From the NCBI GenBank assembly GCA_029953675.1, contig JAMWBK010000010.1, positions 806,001 to 870,000 of the forward strand: a stretch of 64,000 nt of DNA, written 5' to 3'. The notes beneath the pieces are model-generated. The model saw nothing but the letters and a program-made list of their open reading frames with translations. It searched no databases and was not told the origin of the DNA. The stretch comes from Rhodosorus marinus CCMP1338. Taxonomy: Eukaryota; Plantae; Rhodophyta. The position numbers were made by a program, and so were the translations under genes. Positions 37,881 to 49,794 of the stretch are shown here, in pieces; within the stretch, counting starts at the first letter, position 1; each line of letters opens with the position of its first letter.

Positions 37881-38738
37881 AGGAACTGTGATGTGAAGGT
37901 GACGGCCCGCGTGGAAGACTTCGTGATGAATGGAGTTGGAACCTCATGACGCTGTTATGTGGATGGCAGGCTCCTGAATATCCTCATGGTGTTTTTTTTC
38001 GTTTCGTTTTGACGCTGTGACAGCGTTCGAGGATGTAAGAGTTTGACTTTTTGAGTTGTGGAAATATGTCTACGAAGACTTTCAGAGATGACATAATCGT
38101 GTAAAGATAAGCCGCCCCGAAAAATACTTGAGGACTCACTTGTGAGCAAGGGTTGGCGTACTTTCATCAAACGGATCCTAGAGTGTTGCTGATTGTCGAC
38201 AGACCCCCGACAGTTCAAAATCTGAGAGCATTATGGAAAGGTAGTTCTACCCACGAGGCTATTCCGAAAATTCCTCTTGCCATTTCTCAAGCCTATAGAC
38301 TCGCACTGTATTTAACGTAGAGAGTCCCACAACTTCGTGGTATATTTTATCAAACTACCTGATTTTGAATGAGGTCGGCACGAGGACTGCAAAAGTCCTC
38401 TCGCTGCTCCGGGTGTGTGCAAGTACTCAGGCAACCATACCTACCACGCATCCACTTAATCTGACAGTCTTCTAGCCCTTTCAGAGGTGCTTCGAGGACA
38501 GAGGACGGCAATGCATTGGAAAACAACTCAGTTGGTTCACTAGAGCAGTGTGATCTCTAGGCCCGAAGTTAGGATCACTTCCGCTAGTGTGACCCGCCGT
38601 CCGAGACTCTTGCCGTTTTCAAGTGCCAAGAGCAGTGGGGCTGGAGTGACTTTCCACAGATACATTCAGGGCACTGCCAAAACGTAAGGGTCTTGCTCAA
38701 ACAATGACTTGAATCTTTATTTACTGTATGTTACTGAG

Positions 38739-39626
38739 TTATACCATACCCATCGGCATCGGCCGCTGAACTTCCTCTTCCTTCGGCTCTAGAACAATAA
38801 CAGAGTCAGGAATGGCCTTGGACGGGCCAGATTTGCCCTCAGGGTCATACGGCAACATAATCTTAACCTGGAGTTACAATTGGTCGGTTTGCACTTTGTC
38901 AGGAAAGGTTCTCGTTCTCTATTGTGTTGTCATATTCGTTTATAAAGTGCCAAAAACATACCTTGATTCCAAGTACTCCTTGTCGAAGCATGACATGTCT
39001 AAACGCGTACTGAACGTAGTCCTTGCAGGGCTGTCCGGACGAGAGCAGATATCCGTCCATGAACTTCATTGTCTTAGCACGCTGTGCTCGCAGTTTTCCA
39101 CTGACGGCAACTTCACAACCCTGTCATTGTTATCACCAAGGACGATCAGATTCATTCAGATTCCGTGCTCTGCTTAACGAAAAAATGGGGAACTTGAAAG
39201 ATCTTGCGGTCGCTTTTATACCTTTGCACCTGCTTCCATCACGAAGCGGACAACACCGTAGCACGCACGACGAACGGCGAGGCCTCCGATAAGCTTGTAT
39301 TTGAGAGACTCGGCTTGGGCAATTGCGCAAAGTCCACGGTTGTTGATCTTGTCCACGTACAACACAATCGAATCATCGGTAAGGTTGAACCTCTTCTGGA
39401 CCAACGCGGTCAACTCGTGAATCCTCCTGGACCTCTCTCCGAGCACGTTCTGCGGGCGTGTCGCCAGAATCCTAACTTCCTTCCTTGTCGGAGTTTCAGG
39501 GGTCGCTCTCACATCGAACCCAGCGTACCCATCCTCAGGTAGCTCCCTCATAAAAAACTCATTCATCTCAGCGTAAAACACGCCGTCCATAATGAAACGG
39601 CGCTTCTTCGATACTTGGTTCATCAT
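38739..39626 (-). CDS. RPS3: 40S ribosomal protein S3 (uS3), multi-exon
   Basis: [36 protein letters not shown] and [14 protein letters not shown]; ends ...PMGMV*. Confidence 0.97.
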
Positions 39627-39862
39627 GTTGGCTTTTCTGTGCCTTTCCTTCTTCCAAATTCCTCGTCCTTTCTTAAATTAAACAAAAAAGACCGCACACC
39701 ACACCCCCACAAAAACCTCTCCAACTCACAAGACTTAACTCCACCCACCCCACCCCACTAACAGGAACAAATAATAAAAATTACCAACCAACTACAACAA
39801 CGCAAAGGTTCACTCCTCCTACCTAGTAAGAAAGAAATCAGCTCACAAAACCCATAGACAAG

Positions 39863-39884
39863 CCTCCTCCTCCTCCTCCTCCTC
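39863..39884. repeat. (CCT)n microsatellite upstream of RPS3
   Basis: About 7 tandem CCT units, read directly. Confidence 0.9.
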
Positions 39885-42073
39885 CAAGATCATCTACCAG
39901 AACACCAACGCCAACCTCCCCGCTCCTCATTCCTTCCTCCCCAACCAAACCATCACCAAATTCCCAAATCAACGCATTCCTTCCCCCTTCCCCCCACCCC
40001 ATCCTTTAGCATCTTTTACCCCCCCTAATTGATTTTTCCTCATCAACGTTCGTTCATTTACCTTCCAACCCCTGTCTTCTCCAACCAAAATTCCTCTTTT
40101 CTTCTTTCACAAAAAACATTTTTACCCCTTTATTAATCACTTTACTCTTTCTTCATTTCAAAAATTAAAAGTATGAAACGTGATAAATATCCATGTGTGG
40201 ACTTCTCGCTGCCGGGGGGTATGGCCGATTCGTTTCTGGTGGATATCCTATTTCGTTTTTCTAGGGGGTGAGTTGCAAACCTTTTTTTGGGTGGGCTGGG
40301 GGGTTTGAATAAAAAAGAGGGGTAGGGAGGTTTAGGGCGTTGATTTCCGCCCCCCGCGGCGTGGTAACGACGGTGAACGTGGATTTTTCACCGCCTTTGC
40401 GTTTTGTTTATTTTATTTTAAATTTTTGTGCTGTTCATGTGCGAAGAGTTTTTTGGGGAACAGCTATCCTTTTTTTAGTGAGCAAATTGCCCAGGCTTGG
40501 CAAATGTCATGTTTCCGTTGGATATATGGATTTGTTTTTAGTACAGTTAACGGGATAGTGAGTGATTTGTTCATCTAGGGCTTTTTGAGATACCTAAATA
40601 CGAGTGTCTGGATTCAATTAGGGAATATTGTATGTATTTTTAGTCTATCAATCTGTTGGCGACAACCGGCTCATCGTCTATTGATCGTTTTTTTTGTTGG
40701 CGGTGGCAAGTACTCCCATACTGTTGTGAGGATACCAGCCTGGTGGGGGCTGGTGGGGGAGGGTGGAGGATGCCGCCGGAACATAGGTTGCCTGCACTTT
40801 TGTCTGATAGATAAGGTAACAGGACTTCTGTTGGGAGGTAGAAGTTCCGGATACTCACATATTTGAACACACCTAGTAGTACAGGAACGTAGTCGATAGG
40901 GATGACCCATTGGACGTGGCGTTCAGGGAGGTCAACCTTGTCTGATCCGGTTACAGAGTTTCTCCAAGAAGTCCATGTGCTTTGACGTTTTTGTTCGTCA
41001 ATTTGAGAATCGTGATGATTATTTTTGGTTGCACCGAAGAGTTTTCTTGAAAGCAGAGGGTTTTTTACCAAGAGATTCGGACATCCACCGTAACTCCAGT
41101 TTACGGGCGTGGTCCGCTGGGTTGAAGATGGTTACGGGAAACAACTCAGCTCTGAAGCTCTACATTCAGAAGCTCCCATGCTTACTTATCCGCCAGTTGT
41201 TGAGGCAATGACGTCTTTCATCTAAGGATCTACGGTTCCATGAAGAAGGGCCTTTCAGCCCAGGAGCTAGACTTATCGTCGCAAACGCGTGAATTAGTGA
41301 CCACAACCCAAGATATAGCGGGAGCCCGCGACACCATCTACAGATCCAGTCAGATAACGAAAGAAGAAGCGCATAATTATTCATCAGGGGCGTTGGGCGG
41401 ACTTTCAGTGCCAACGAGCCAGTGCCCCTCGGATTGTGCCATCTACTCTATGCTCTTTTTCACCCTCAGAAGCTCATCTTTTGTTTCAGCAGTATCCTAA
41501 CACCTAAAGCATTCCTTGAGATAAGCAGAAATGCTTCGCAAGCGTACCCAAACCTTCCATTGTGAAACTTTCCACGGGCACGATCGCATTGACCTTCAAA
41601 GATTCCCACACATAGCTGACACAACCTTTGTTTACCAATTATATTATAGGACGTGTCCTTACAAAAAGGTCCCCTTATATGATTGGGTTTTTCTACTTAC
41701 TTCTACCCATTCCCCTCTGTAATTGGATAGTTAGATATTTTCAATCCGGAATTGATGAAGAATATCAAAAATCTCAATATTTCTTGTGTTTTCTTAAGTT
41801 TTGTGCGGCGGCACATTTGTCAATTCCGGCTTTTTGTGCTTAATTGAAGCCTTATGATGTGCTTACTGGGATCGAAAGTTCAAGGCGGCTGTGGCCAATG
41901 GACCTGCAGGCGAGGAGCCCGCAGGCGATTTAAACTACATTCCGTCGCAGGGCTTTGTTCTCTTCTGTAGATTTGTACTTGAACAGTTCCAAATGAGCTA
42001 GGTTGTGGAGAGTCCGCGGAAGATACTTACCATCCTGCTGTTGAGAGGACGAAGGTGTATGTGAAACCCCAAA

Positions 42074-42952
42074 ATGGCTGGGTTTTGGAAAGCAAGGATG
42101 CTGTGCGATCCATTTGGCAAAGATAAGGTAAAGAAAGAGTTCTATGGGTTGGTAGCTATTTCGTTGATCTTATCGATCTCTGCCCTGAGCTACATCGCCG
42201 GTTTGCTGGTGAGCATGGCAGGCAGTGAGCCCCTTTTTCTTAATCATACCACGGAAAAGTTTCAAGGTGATCTTCAGTCTCATCAACTCGATTTTCAGTA
42301 CGGAAAAGTTCACTATCTGTCACACAGAAGGAGTGACTCGAAGGTTCACCTTTTCGCCCTTCACGGACCAAATATGACGACCCAGAGTGCATCCCACTGG
42401 ATTCCCAACTGTGCTCTCTTTGACCGAATGGGAAACTTCCATATCCTGGATCTGCCGGGTTTTGGCGAGAGCCCGATCGACCGAGGACTACAGAGCGTTC
42501 CTTCAACAGTCTCTGCCCACGCGCTCCACAGGACGATGGAGGAAGAGGGAGTTTTATCGGATCCTAACATAAGGATTGTGTTTATGGCGCGAAGTTGGGG
42601 TGCGGAGGTAGTTATGATGCTGTTTCGGCGATACCCGGAGGTGCTTGACTTGAGAATTCAGCTGGTGCTCATATCACCTACACCGAACCTCAAACTGATA
42701 GCACCCTTCATAAAGGACAAAATACGCGCTATCAGCGGGCTTATAGTTTGGGGCGAGAGGGACAAAGTGATTCCGTCCAGTTTCTCAAGAGTACTAACAA
42801 GGTTCCTGCCCAAGTTCGACCTGTATATATTGAAGGGAGTAAGCTCACATCAACCTGAGACCGACTTTCCTGGTACGTTCGCCAGGATTGTCTCCGAATG
42901 GTGGGAGAAACAAGTGGAGAAAGGAATACCAACGCATTCGAGCAGTGCATGA
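42074..42952 (+). CDS. Membrane-anchored alpha/beta hydrolase (ABHD14-like), intronless
   Basis: N-terminal TM helix; LHG, DLPGFGES, nucleophile elbow ARSWG, WGERDKVIP, SHQPE. Confidence 0.85.
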   Translation: MAGFWKARMLCDPFGKDKVKKEFYGLVAISLILSISALSYIAGLLVSMAGSEPLFLNHTTEKFQGDLQSHQLDFQYGKVHYLSHRRSDSKVHLFALHGPNMTTQSASHWIPNCALFDRMGNFHILDLPGFGESPIDRGLQSVPSTVSAHALHRTMEEEGVLSDPNIRIVFMARSWGAEVVMMLFRRYPEVLDLRIQLVLISPTPNLKLIAPFIKDKIRAISGLIVWGERDKVIPSSFSRVLTRFLPKFDLYILKGVSSHQPETDFPGTFARIVSEWWEKQVEKGIPTHSSSA

Positions 42953-43193
42953 TGTCATATGTTCAAACTGTGTCAAAAACCTTTTCATTTTCGAAGTCCT
43001 GACCAAAAAAAAATTTAACACATACCTGAACGCCCATTTCGCTCGAGTTGCATGCGCACTTCTAGGCCGTATATATTCCAGTCGCCTGATAACTACTTGC
43101 GACGGACAGGCGTTCAATATTGCAGCACACTTTCCATCGCGTAATGATCAGCGCATATCGCTTCTCCCATCTTTTCTGGGAAATTGTCTTGTT

Positions 43194-45594
43194 TCAAGCG
43201 GAAACCAGAACTTTGCTTGTAAGGCTTTGAAGGTTCTTGTTCCGAACATGGTTAGACGCCTCCTCAAACTTGTTTTTCTCCGTCATCATCTGCACAAACT
43301 CATCGTAGTCAATAACTCCGTCGTTATTTAAGTCTGCTTCCCTCACAATTTCGGCAGCCGCTTCCTCCTGAACTCCAATATCCTTGAGCGCATCCAGAAC
43401 CTCATCAACCGTAATGCTTCCGTCGCCATCCTTATCGAACTTCTTGAACGCATAGCGGAAGTTGTCCGCCGTGTTCACCTTTTTCAGATCGGTAGTTGCA
43501 GTCAAAAATTCTTCATAGTCTATGGTTCCGTTTCCTGTTTGGCACATCGAACAACCATGGGGTCAAAAGCCGTGGACTTCGTTCGCGCTCGACCGTTAAT
43601 ATGCAGTCTACTGAGTAGCTCATTGGAGCTGTGCGGGAACGCTAGCATGCACTACCTACGTAATGTAGTGCATACGCCAAGGATAACTCAGGCCGAACAG
43701 GAAATCTTACCGTCCAGATCGAAAGTCTTCCACATATCCAAAAGCTCAGATTCGGCCACCTTGTTCCCTAGCTTTTCAAGAGCAGCTCTCATTTCCTCCA
43801 GGGTGATTGTTCCCGATCCATCCAAATCGACCTCGTCGAATGCCTGCACCGCCAAACATGTCGTGGAGAGGGAAAGGAAACGGGTCAGGATCGAACACTC
43901 GTGACTAGAGTCGTATCAGGATCCCTTTTCATTGTAGAATCTGACCTTCCGGACAGCCCGTAGGTCTCCCTCGTCCATGTTGCAAGCCATTAGCTGGAGC
44001 GCCTTCTTCTTGAACTTGTTCATTTCGTTGAACTGGTGGAGGTTATCTAGAACCGACGCCACCAACGGTTTGTCCGTAGCGGTACCATCCTCTCTCATCC
44101 AACGGTGTCCTACGAGCGGGAATCACGAGAAGGACATCTTTCAACTAAGCATCAACGGACGTAAAAGACCATCCGCAGCTTTAATCGCTCACCAAGCATT
44201 TCTTTGGCTTCTGGTCTTTGGGCCGGGTCCCAGGTCAACATAGTGCGCACACACTCCTTGGCGTCCTCCGATATGTGCGGCCAAGGCTCTTTTTCCAGGT
44301 TGTAGTGCCCACGCAGAGTCATACGCAGAATTTCTTCGTCGGTTCTGCCGTAGAAGGGAACTTTTCCCGATAGCAATATGTACAAAACGACTCCTGTGCG
44401 TGACACAGAGGGCTTTTTCAGAACCATTTCCCCCGGGTAGGAGGATCGTGATGGGCTTATACGTTGCATGCTCGTAACATCTCAGCAGCGTGCTCTTTAT
44501 GCCCGAATTAAATCAACCGAGTAAGTCCTCAGTTAATTTGGTTCTGCCGTTCGAACGGCAGAACCAAATTTCAAGTGGTGCCCATAGAAGTCATTACCTG
44601 CGGACCATATATCGGCCTTATGGGTGTATTTACCCTTAATAACCTCTGGCGCAATGTACATTGGAGTTCCGCAGGGGTCGGAGAGGAAGTCCGGTCCTTT
44701 GTAGAAGCAAGATAAACCAAAATCTGTAGCTTTCAAATTCGCGCTTTCCCGATTCGAGTCCAGCAGGAAGTTCTCAGGTTTCAAATCCCTGTGCACAACA
44801 CCCCGTGCATGACAGTGTTCGACCATCTCCAGCATCTGACGGCACAAGTTTGCGCAATCCTTCTCAGAATACTTTCCTGTGCGAGCTTGAAGTATGTTCA
44901 ACGCGTGAGCAAAGTCCCGGGTGAGCATCAAGTGGGAGTCGCTGACCTTGGGCAATAACACGCTCGAACAGATCCCCGCCTGTGCAGAGCTCCAGGACAA
45001 TATGAACATTATCTGCGTCCTCGTAGGCTCCAAAAATTTTGACAATATTGCTATGCCCAGAAACAGCCTCCATGATCAAGATCTCGTTCCGAATATCATC
45101 AATATCTGTCTTTGCCATGATCTTCCCTGTAGCCGAGTGATCCTGGCAAGTTCAGCATGTCTCCCATGCCTAGGTGAAGAACTGCTCTCGATCACAAACC
45201 TTTGCTTATTGTCTTGATTGCTACGTTCTGCTGTGTCCTCTTGTGCGTGCCTAGGTAACACGTACCGAAGGAGCCTTCCCCAAGCAGTTTTCCAAAGTCA
45301 TACACCTCATATATGGCTTCAGTATGTTTGTCCAATACCTTTAAGCGAGAGTTTCAAACAAAAGCCCAACTAGTTCAGTAAGATCCAGCGCTACAGGAGC
45401 CCATATTTCGGATATCAAAGTACCGTGACAGCATATTTCTTCGGCTTGGACTGAGTCTTAGGGATTATCCCAATGTTCATGAAATTCTTGGGCTCCCTCG
45501 TGCTAGTACTCTTCCCAGCGGCGCGTTTCCCAGCCTTCCCTTCTGCCTTACCTTTCCGTCCGCCATTGCGTCCTCTTGACTGCTCGTTACCCAT
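43194..45594 (-). CDS. CDPK/CPK: Calcium-dependent protein kinase (CDPK), N-myristoylated, multi-exon
   Basis: MGNEQS myristoylation motif; HRDLKPENFL, DFGLS, GTPMYIAPE; junction NKFKKKAL; EF-hand loops (DxDGSGTITLEE, DKDGDGSITVDE, DLNNDGVIDYDEF). Confidence 0.95.
44535..44570. repeat. Perfect 36-bp palindrome inside a CDPK intron
   Basis: AATTTGGTTCTGCCGTTC-GAACGGCAGAACCAAATT, with no spacer. Confidence 0.95.
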
Positions 45595-47188
45595 CCTGAA
45601 AACCCACCTATCAAGCTCGCCCAAATAAAAAAAGAGCAGTAAAGCCGTGTCTCGAGAACCCCTCAACGACCCCCCGGTCAATCTATTAAGAGAGATTCAA
45701 ATTCAAACCCGGGTCGTCATCATCACAAGCTTAACAAAAACATCCTCGTTAGCCCGACATACTCCTTCCTCGCTGTTCGAAAGGTAGACCAGACTTTCCA
45801 CACTCGCTCCCAAATCGAAAAAAAAATTGAAAAAAAGTGCTTGCCCTACACACCTCCCCTCCCAGCACAGCACCTAAGAAAAAAAAATACAAGGGTCTCA
45901 AAGCTACTTTGCTCAACTTTCCAGAATCTCAAGCCTTCACCTCCTCCACCACCTACCCCTTCACACACACACACATACACACACACAAACGCCTAGGTAG
46001 TCCCCGGTTATGCACACTTCACCCCCTCCTCAAACAATAAAAACTACTTTCCAACTCATCCCCATCTCCTGCCATCACACATCCTAAAAGAGTCCCACGT
46101 CAAACCAACCCCTCTCTCCCTCCCCCTCACCCTCCCCGCCCATTTATTTTAAAAAACAATTCCCATCCGTATCTACCATTCATTTTAAAAATATTTTTGG
46201 CAATATAGCCCTTTTTTCTTGCTATAAGTAAATATAAGTAAAACAGTACTTTTCATTTTTCCCATCAAAAACTTTTCTTTCAACTTTTAGAAGAAAATGC
46301 AGGTGCTGATTCTCGTGCAGTGAATTCTTTCCAACGGATCTGAATGAATTTCAGTTTATCCCTTTCAAAATTAGTTAAATTCCTTTATAGCACTTATTTG
46401 GTGTTTGCCTATTCCCCCCACCCCCCCCCCCACCCCTCGTCTTCTCTCGGTAAGGTAATTTCTTTTCGTTTATTGGTTGGTTAGAGGCGCTTATCGGGAT
46501 GATCAATCAGTCAAAAAGATGATAAATAGTTACGTATTTTCAAGATAGAGGGAGATCTTGACTGACTATCATCTTGATTGCTATGCGCTTTTGCAATGTG
46601 TAGTGGATGAATCTTGGAAGGGCGTGATGAAGGATCGCACAACCAACGAAGCAGGGTCACTTTGCGTCTGATCTTCTCCAAAGTCTACAATCTTGGGTTT
46701 TACTGTGAAACTAGCAACCCCGGATCGTGTACGCTCTTGGGTGCAATTATCTGACATGCTACCGCCCCTGTCTGTATGGTACTAGCCCGTGCCCTCCTTG
46801 CCATCACCCCACCTTCAGAACTCCCATGACCACAGCGGTGGAGTTTGTACATTCTGTACCGAGGATCCATTGAACGAAGCATTGAAGATATAGTTCTCGT
46901 TGTTTTTTTGCGCCCTGCAGTAAATGCTACTAGTCCTTCCCTTATCCTACATGAACTTTGCTATCGCTTCTCAACATAAGTCTTCTCAACATAAGTCTTC
47001 TCGTGGATCGATCGAATTCAGATCCGACGGTTTCATTTCAACAAAGTGCGGGCCTCTATCGCACACGACAGTGAGATCCGCTTCCTTTAATCAAACAGTT
47101 GATCGTTTATCGTTTATGTGATCATCTTTCTCAAATATTGTGTTATGAATAATTTTGATCAATAAAAATGTCATGGATCGTTTTTTTT

Positions 47189-47810
47189 GTGGGACACGAA
47201 AGATCCCCCTTTTTTATAGGGTTCGATTGTGCGTTCCCCTTTGTTTTTAGTTTTTGGGCGCATAAGCCTTGGGCTCTGCCGTTTGGAGATAGATGACGCG
47301 TGTTTTTTTTGGAATGCTCTGTTTTTAAAGGGTACATATTCTATTTGATGGAATACAGCTTTTTTGCCCCTTTTTAGAGGGCTCGATGGTGTGTTCTCGT
47401 TTTGTTTTAGTTTTTGGACGCATTCTTCACGCCCTCTCGGGCGTGTTGCCATTTGGAGGTAGATGACGTGATTTTTTTGGAATGAGCCGTCCGTCTTAGA
47501 AAAACTTTTTAGAAGGTACATATTTTATTTGATGGAATACAGCTTTTTTATGGGACATGAAAAAGGGCCCTTTTTGGAGGTTTTCGGGGTTCCCAATTCT
47601 GATTTTGTTTGTTTTTAAGTTTAGTTAAGCGTATTCTGTCACGAAGACGCGCGCGGTGAGTTTTCAGAATGTTGTGATTTGAATACTTTTTTAAGGGTAA
47701 AAATGAACTCTTGATGTCATGCGTGCATAGAATTGCGTGATGTTTCGTGGGACATGAAAAGCGCCTTTTTTGGACTGGTTCATGGAATTTGTTTGTTTGT
47801 AGTTTTTAGA
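47189..47810. repeat. Degenerate tandem repeat, ~160-200-bp unit, ~3.5 copies
   Basis: GGTACATATT(C/T)TATTTGATGGAATACAGCTTTTT at 47331 and 47515; TGGGACA(C/T)GAA heads at 47190, 47551 and 47748. Confidence 0.85.
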
Positions 47811-48149
47811 TGCTTTGTGATGCAAAGTGTTTGGCAAAAGCACATGAAAGGCGGTTTAGGGCCAGCTTGGCTTGGAGCCCAACGGCTCCAAGCAGGTGCC
47901 TAGTAGTGCTGAATAACGTTGGGCAAGGGATGCCCCCAGCGGAGATATGGAGAATGTTGGTGGCAACTACAGGGGTTCAAGGATTCCGATAGGAACGTGA
48001 TGTTGCTGACAGTCATTGCCCGGTGAAATCTACTAGGCGGTAATCAACTCTGTTTGTTGTTTTCTTCTGTTGGTTTTTGTTTATGCCCTCCTGACCTAGG
48101 TATCAATCGTCCAACCATAACACATGGAAGGAATCTTTATATCCAGGGC

Positions 48150-49100
48150 CTATGACAGCTTTTTGAGACTACACTGATCCACCCACACCTTTCGGTTCGA
48201 GTTCGTCTTAATGATAAATTCGTATTGTCCCTTCTCAAGAGTCCTGAACACATTTCCCTCCCACGTCCAGTTGCGGACGATCCCTGGCATTCCCTTGTTC
48301 CTCACAATCAGAGTATGGCCGCGAAAGACGAACATTTGCAATGGCCCCTCTCCCCTTGTGAAGCACGAAAACCGAAACGCCGTATTCCCTTCCAGGACAA
48401 CATTCTGAAGCATTCGTGCACTTTTTCCGTTGAGCTCGACAGCATAGGGAGGATTGTAAGTCGGACTGCTAACGTACTTTGCTCCATTGATGTTGAACCA
48501 AGCAGCTGACTTGTAGTCAAACTTGTTGTTCCTAAAGTACTCACCATTGCTTGGCTTCGACAGCACTAGATACTCTTTCAAAAAACAATCATCGACGAGT
48601 CCACTACCCGTCGATTGTACCTTAAACCTGTGCTTCGCCTTGAACTTTGTCTTAAACCTGATTTGCACTTTTTTGTATGAACCGCGTCCCGTGAATTGCC
48701 GTCTGGCAACTTCGCTCTTTCCTTTCTCTACCACAAGGTTCAGCTTTCCCGATCCCTTGTAGTAGCATCCGTACAACCAAATCCTGTAACGATCCAGTGC
48801 CTTCTTCTGCGTAACCACGTTGGGAAGTTTCAAGGCATATTTCCCGCTCCGAGCTTGACTCGAATCAAACTCACTCGTCGTCGTCATCGACCACTGCTGT
48901 GTTCTTTTCTCAAATCCACCGTTGGATAAATAATTCCCGCTTGAGTCCGGAAGATCCAGAGGCAGGTCGTTCACTGGGTCAATAAACCTCCTAGAGACCT
49001 CGTTTCGTTGCATATCGTCACTAGCCAGGACGAGATATCCTCCCGCTAAGAACACGATGCTGACAAAGCGGATAAAGTATATTTCCGAAGACCTCACCAT
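48150..49100 (-). CDS. Secreted basic protein with two tandem CBM4/9-like (galactose-binding-like) modules, intronless
   Basis: Signal peptide MVRSSEIYFIRFVSIVFLAGGYLVLA. Each module starts N-G/N-x-F (NGGFE, NNKFD) and ends VDxC-x-LK. Confidence 0.75.
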   Translation of the reverse strand: MVRSSEIYFIRFVSIVFLAGGYLVLASDDMQRNEVSRRFIDPVNDLPLDLPDSSGNYLSNGGFEKRTQQWSMTTTSEFDSSQARSGKYALKLPNVVTQKKALDRYRIWLYGCYYKGSGKLNLVVEKGKSEVARRQFTGRGSYKKVQIRFKTKFKAKHRFKVQSTGSGLVDDCFLKEYLVLSKPSNGEYFRNNKFDYKSAAWFNINGAKYVSSPTYNPPYAVELNGKSARMLQNVVLEGNTAFRFSCFTRGEGPLQMFVFRGHTLIVRNKGMPGIVRNWTWEGNVFRTLEKGQYEFIIKTNSNRKVWVDQCSLKKLS

Positions 49101-49726
49101 GGTGCTTGGATACAGCTTCAACTCTAGAAACCACCACGAGCAATACCCATGCAGCCTCAATCGGCACCCCCTGCCTCCCACTGGTGCGAGCGCCGCATTC
49201 CTTTAATACCTTTTCGGAAACATACCTACTGTTACAACTCAGCTGTGAGACGAACCTATCTAAAAAAAACTGCCTTCAGCGCCCACTACGTAATACAAGG
49301 AGTACACAACAGCCAAGGAGTCGACAGTGAAACATCCTCTAATACTCCGAACTCGTCGATTCCTAATCCTGGCTGTCATCTAGAACAAATCTGCACTTCT
49401 TCCAGATTTTGTCAGTTTTGAGGTGAAAACTGGAGAACCAGCATAAAAGCCAAACAACTCTCTGCATGAAATAGATCCGGTTAGCTCCATTTTGACGAGA
49501 CAACTCCTATCCAAAGCAAGCACGCCGACTCCCAGTCAGCAAACTGGTCTGCTTAACGCGCAACCCCTCCAGCAGCTTTTCCCAAATATTTATTTACTCA
49601 ATACAACCTCCGCCCGCGTAGCAAACAACTCGAAAGGGGGGGAAGGGGTACAAACAAAATTGTCCCTAACATACACGGAAGGGGTTCTCAGCTTTTACGA
49701 ACGGGGAATTGTTAAGCAATCCGAGG

Positions 49727-49794
49727 TTTTAAGGGGTCTGACTGAATTCATTCGAAAATTTTTTTTAAGGGGTCTGACTGAATTCATTCGAAAA
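49727..49794. repeat. Tandem duplication of a 32-bp unit (36-bp period)
   Basis: TTTTAAGGGGTCTGACTGAATTCATTCGAAAA occurs twice. Confidence 0.9.

Noticed and set aside
42026-42036. ATACTTACC, resembling the U1 snRNA 5' end
   Set aside because: Only 9 nt match; no downstream U1 stem-loops or Sm site.
47189-47810. CRISPR-like array
   Set aside because: Eukaryotic context; the units are degenerate along their length, with no constant repeat/unique spacer pattern and no cas genes.
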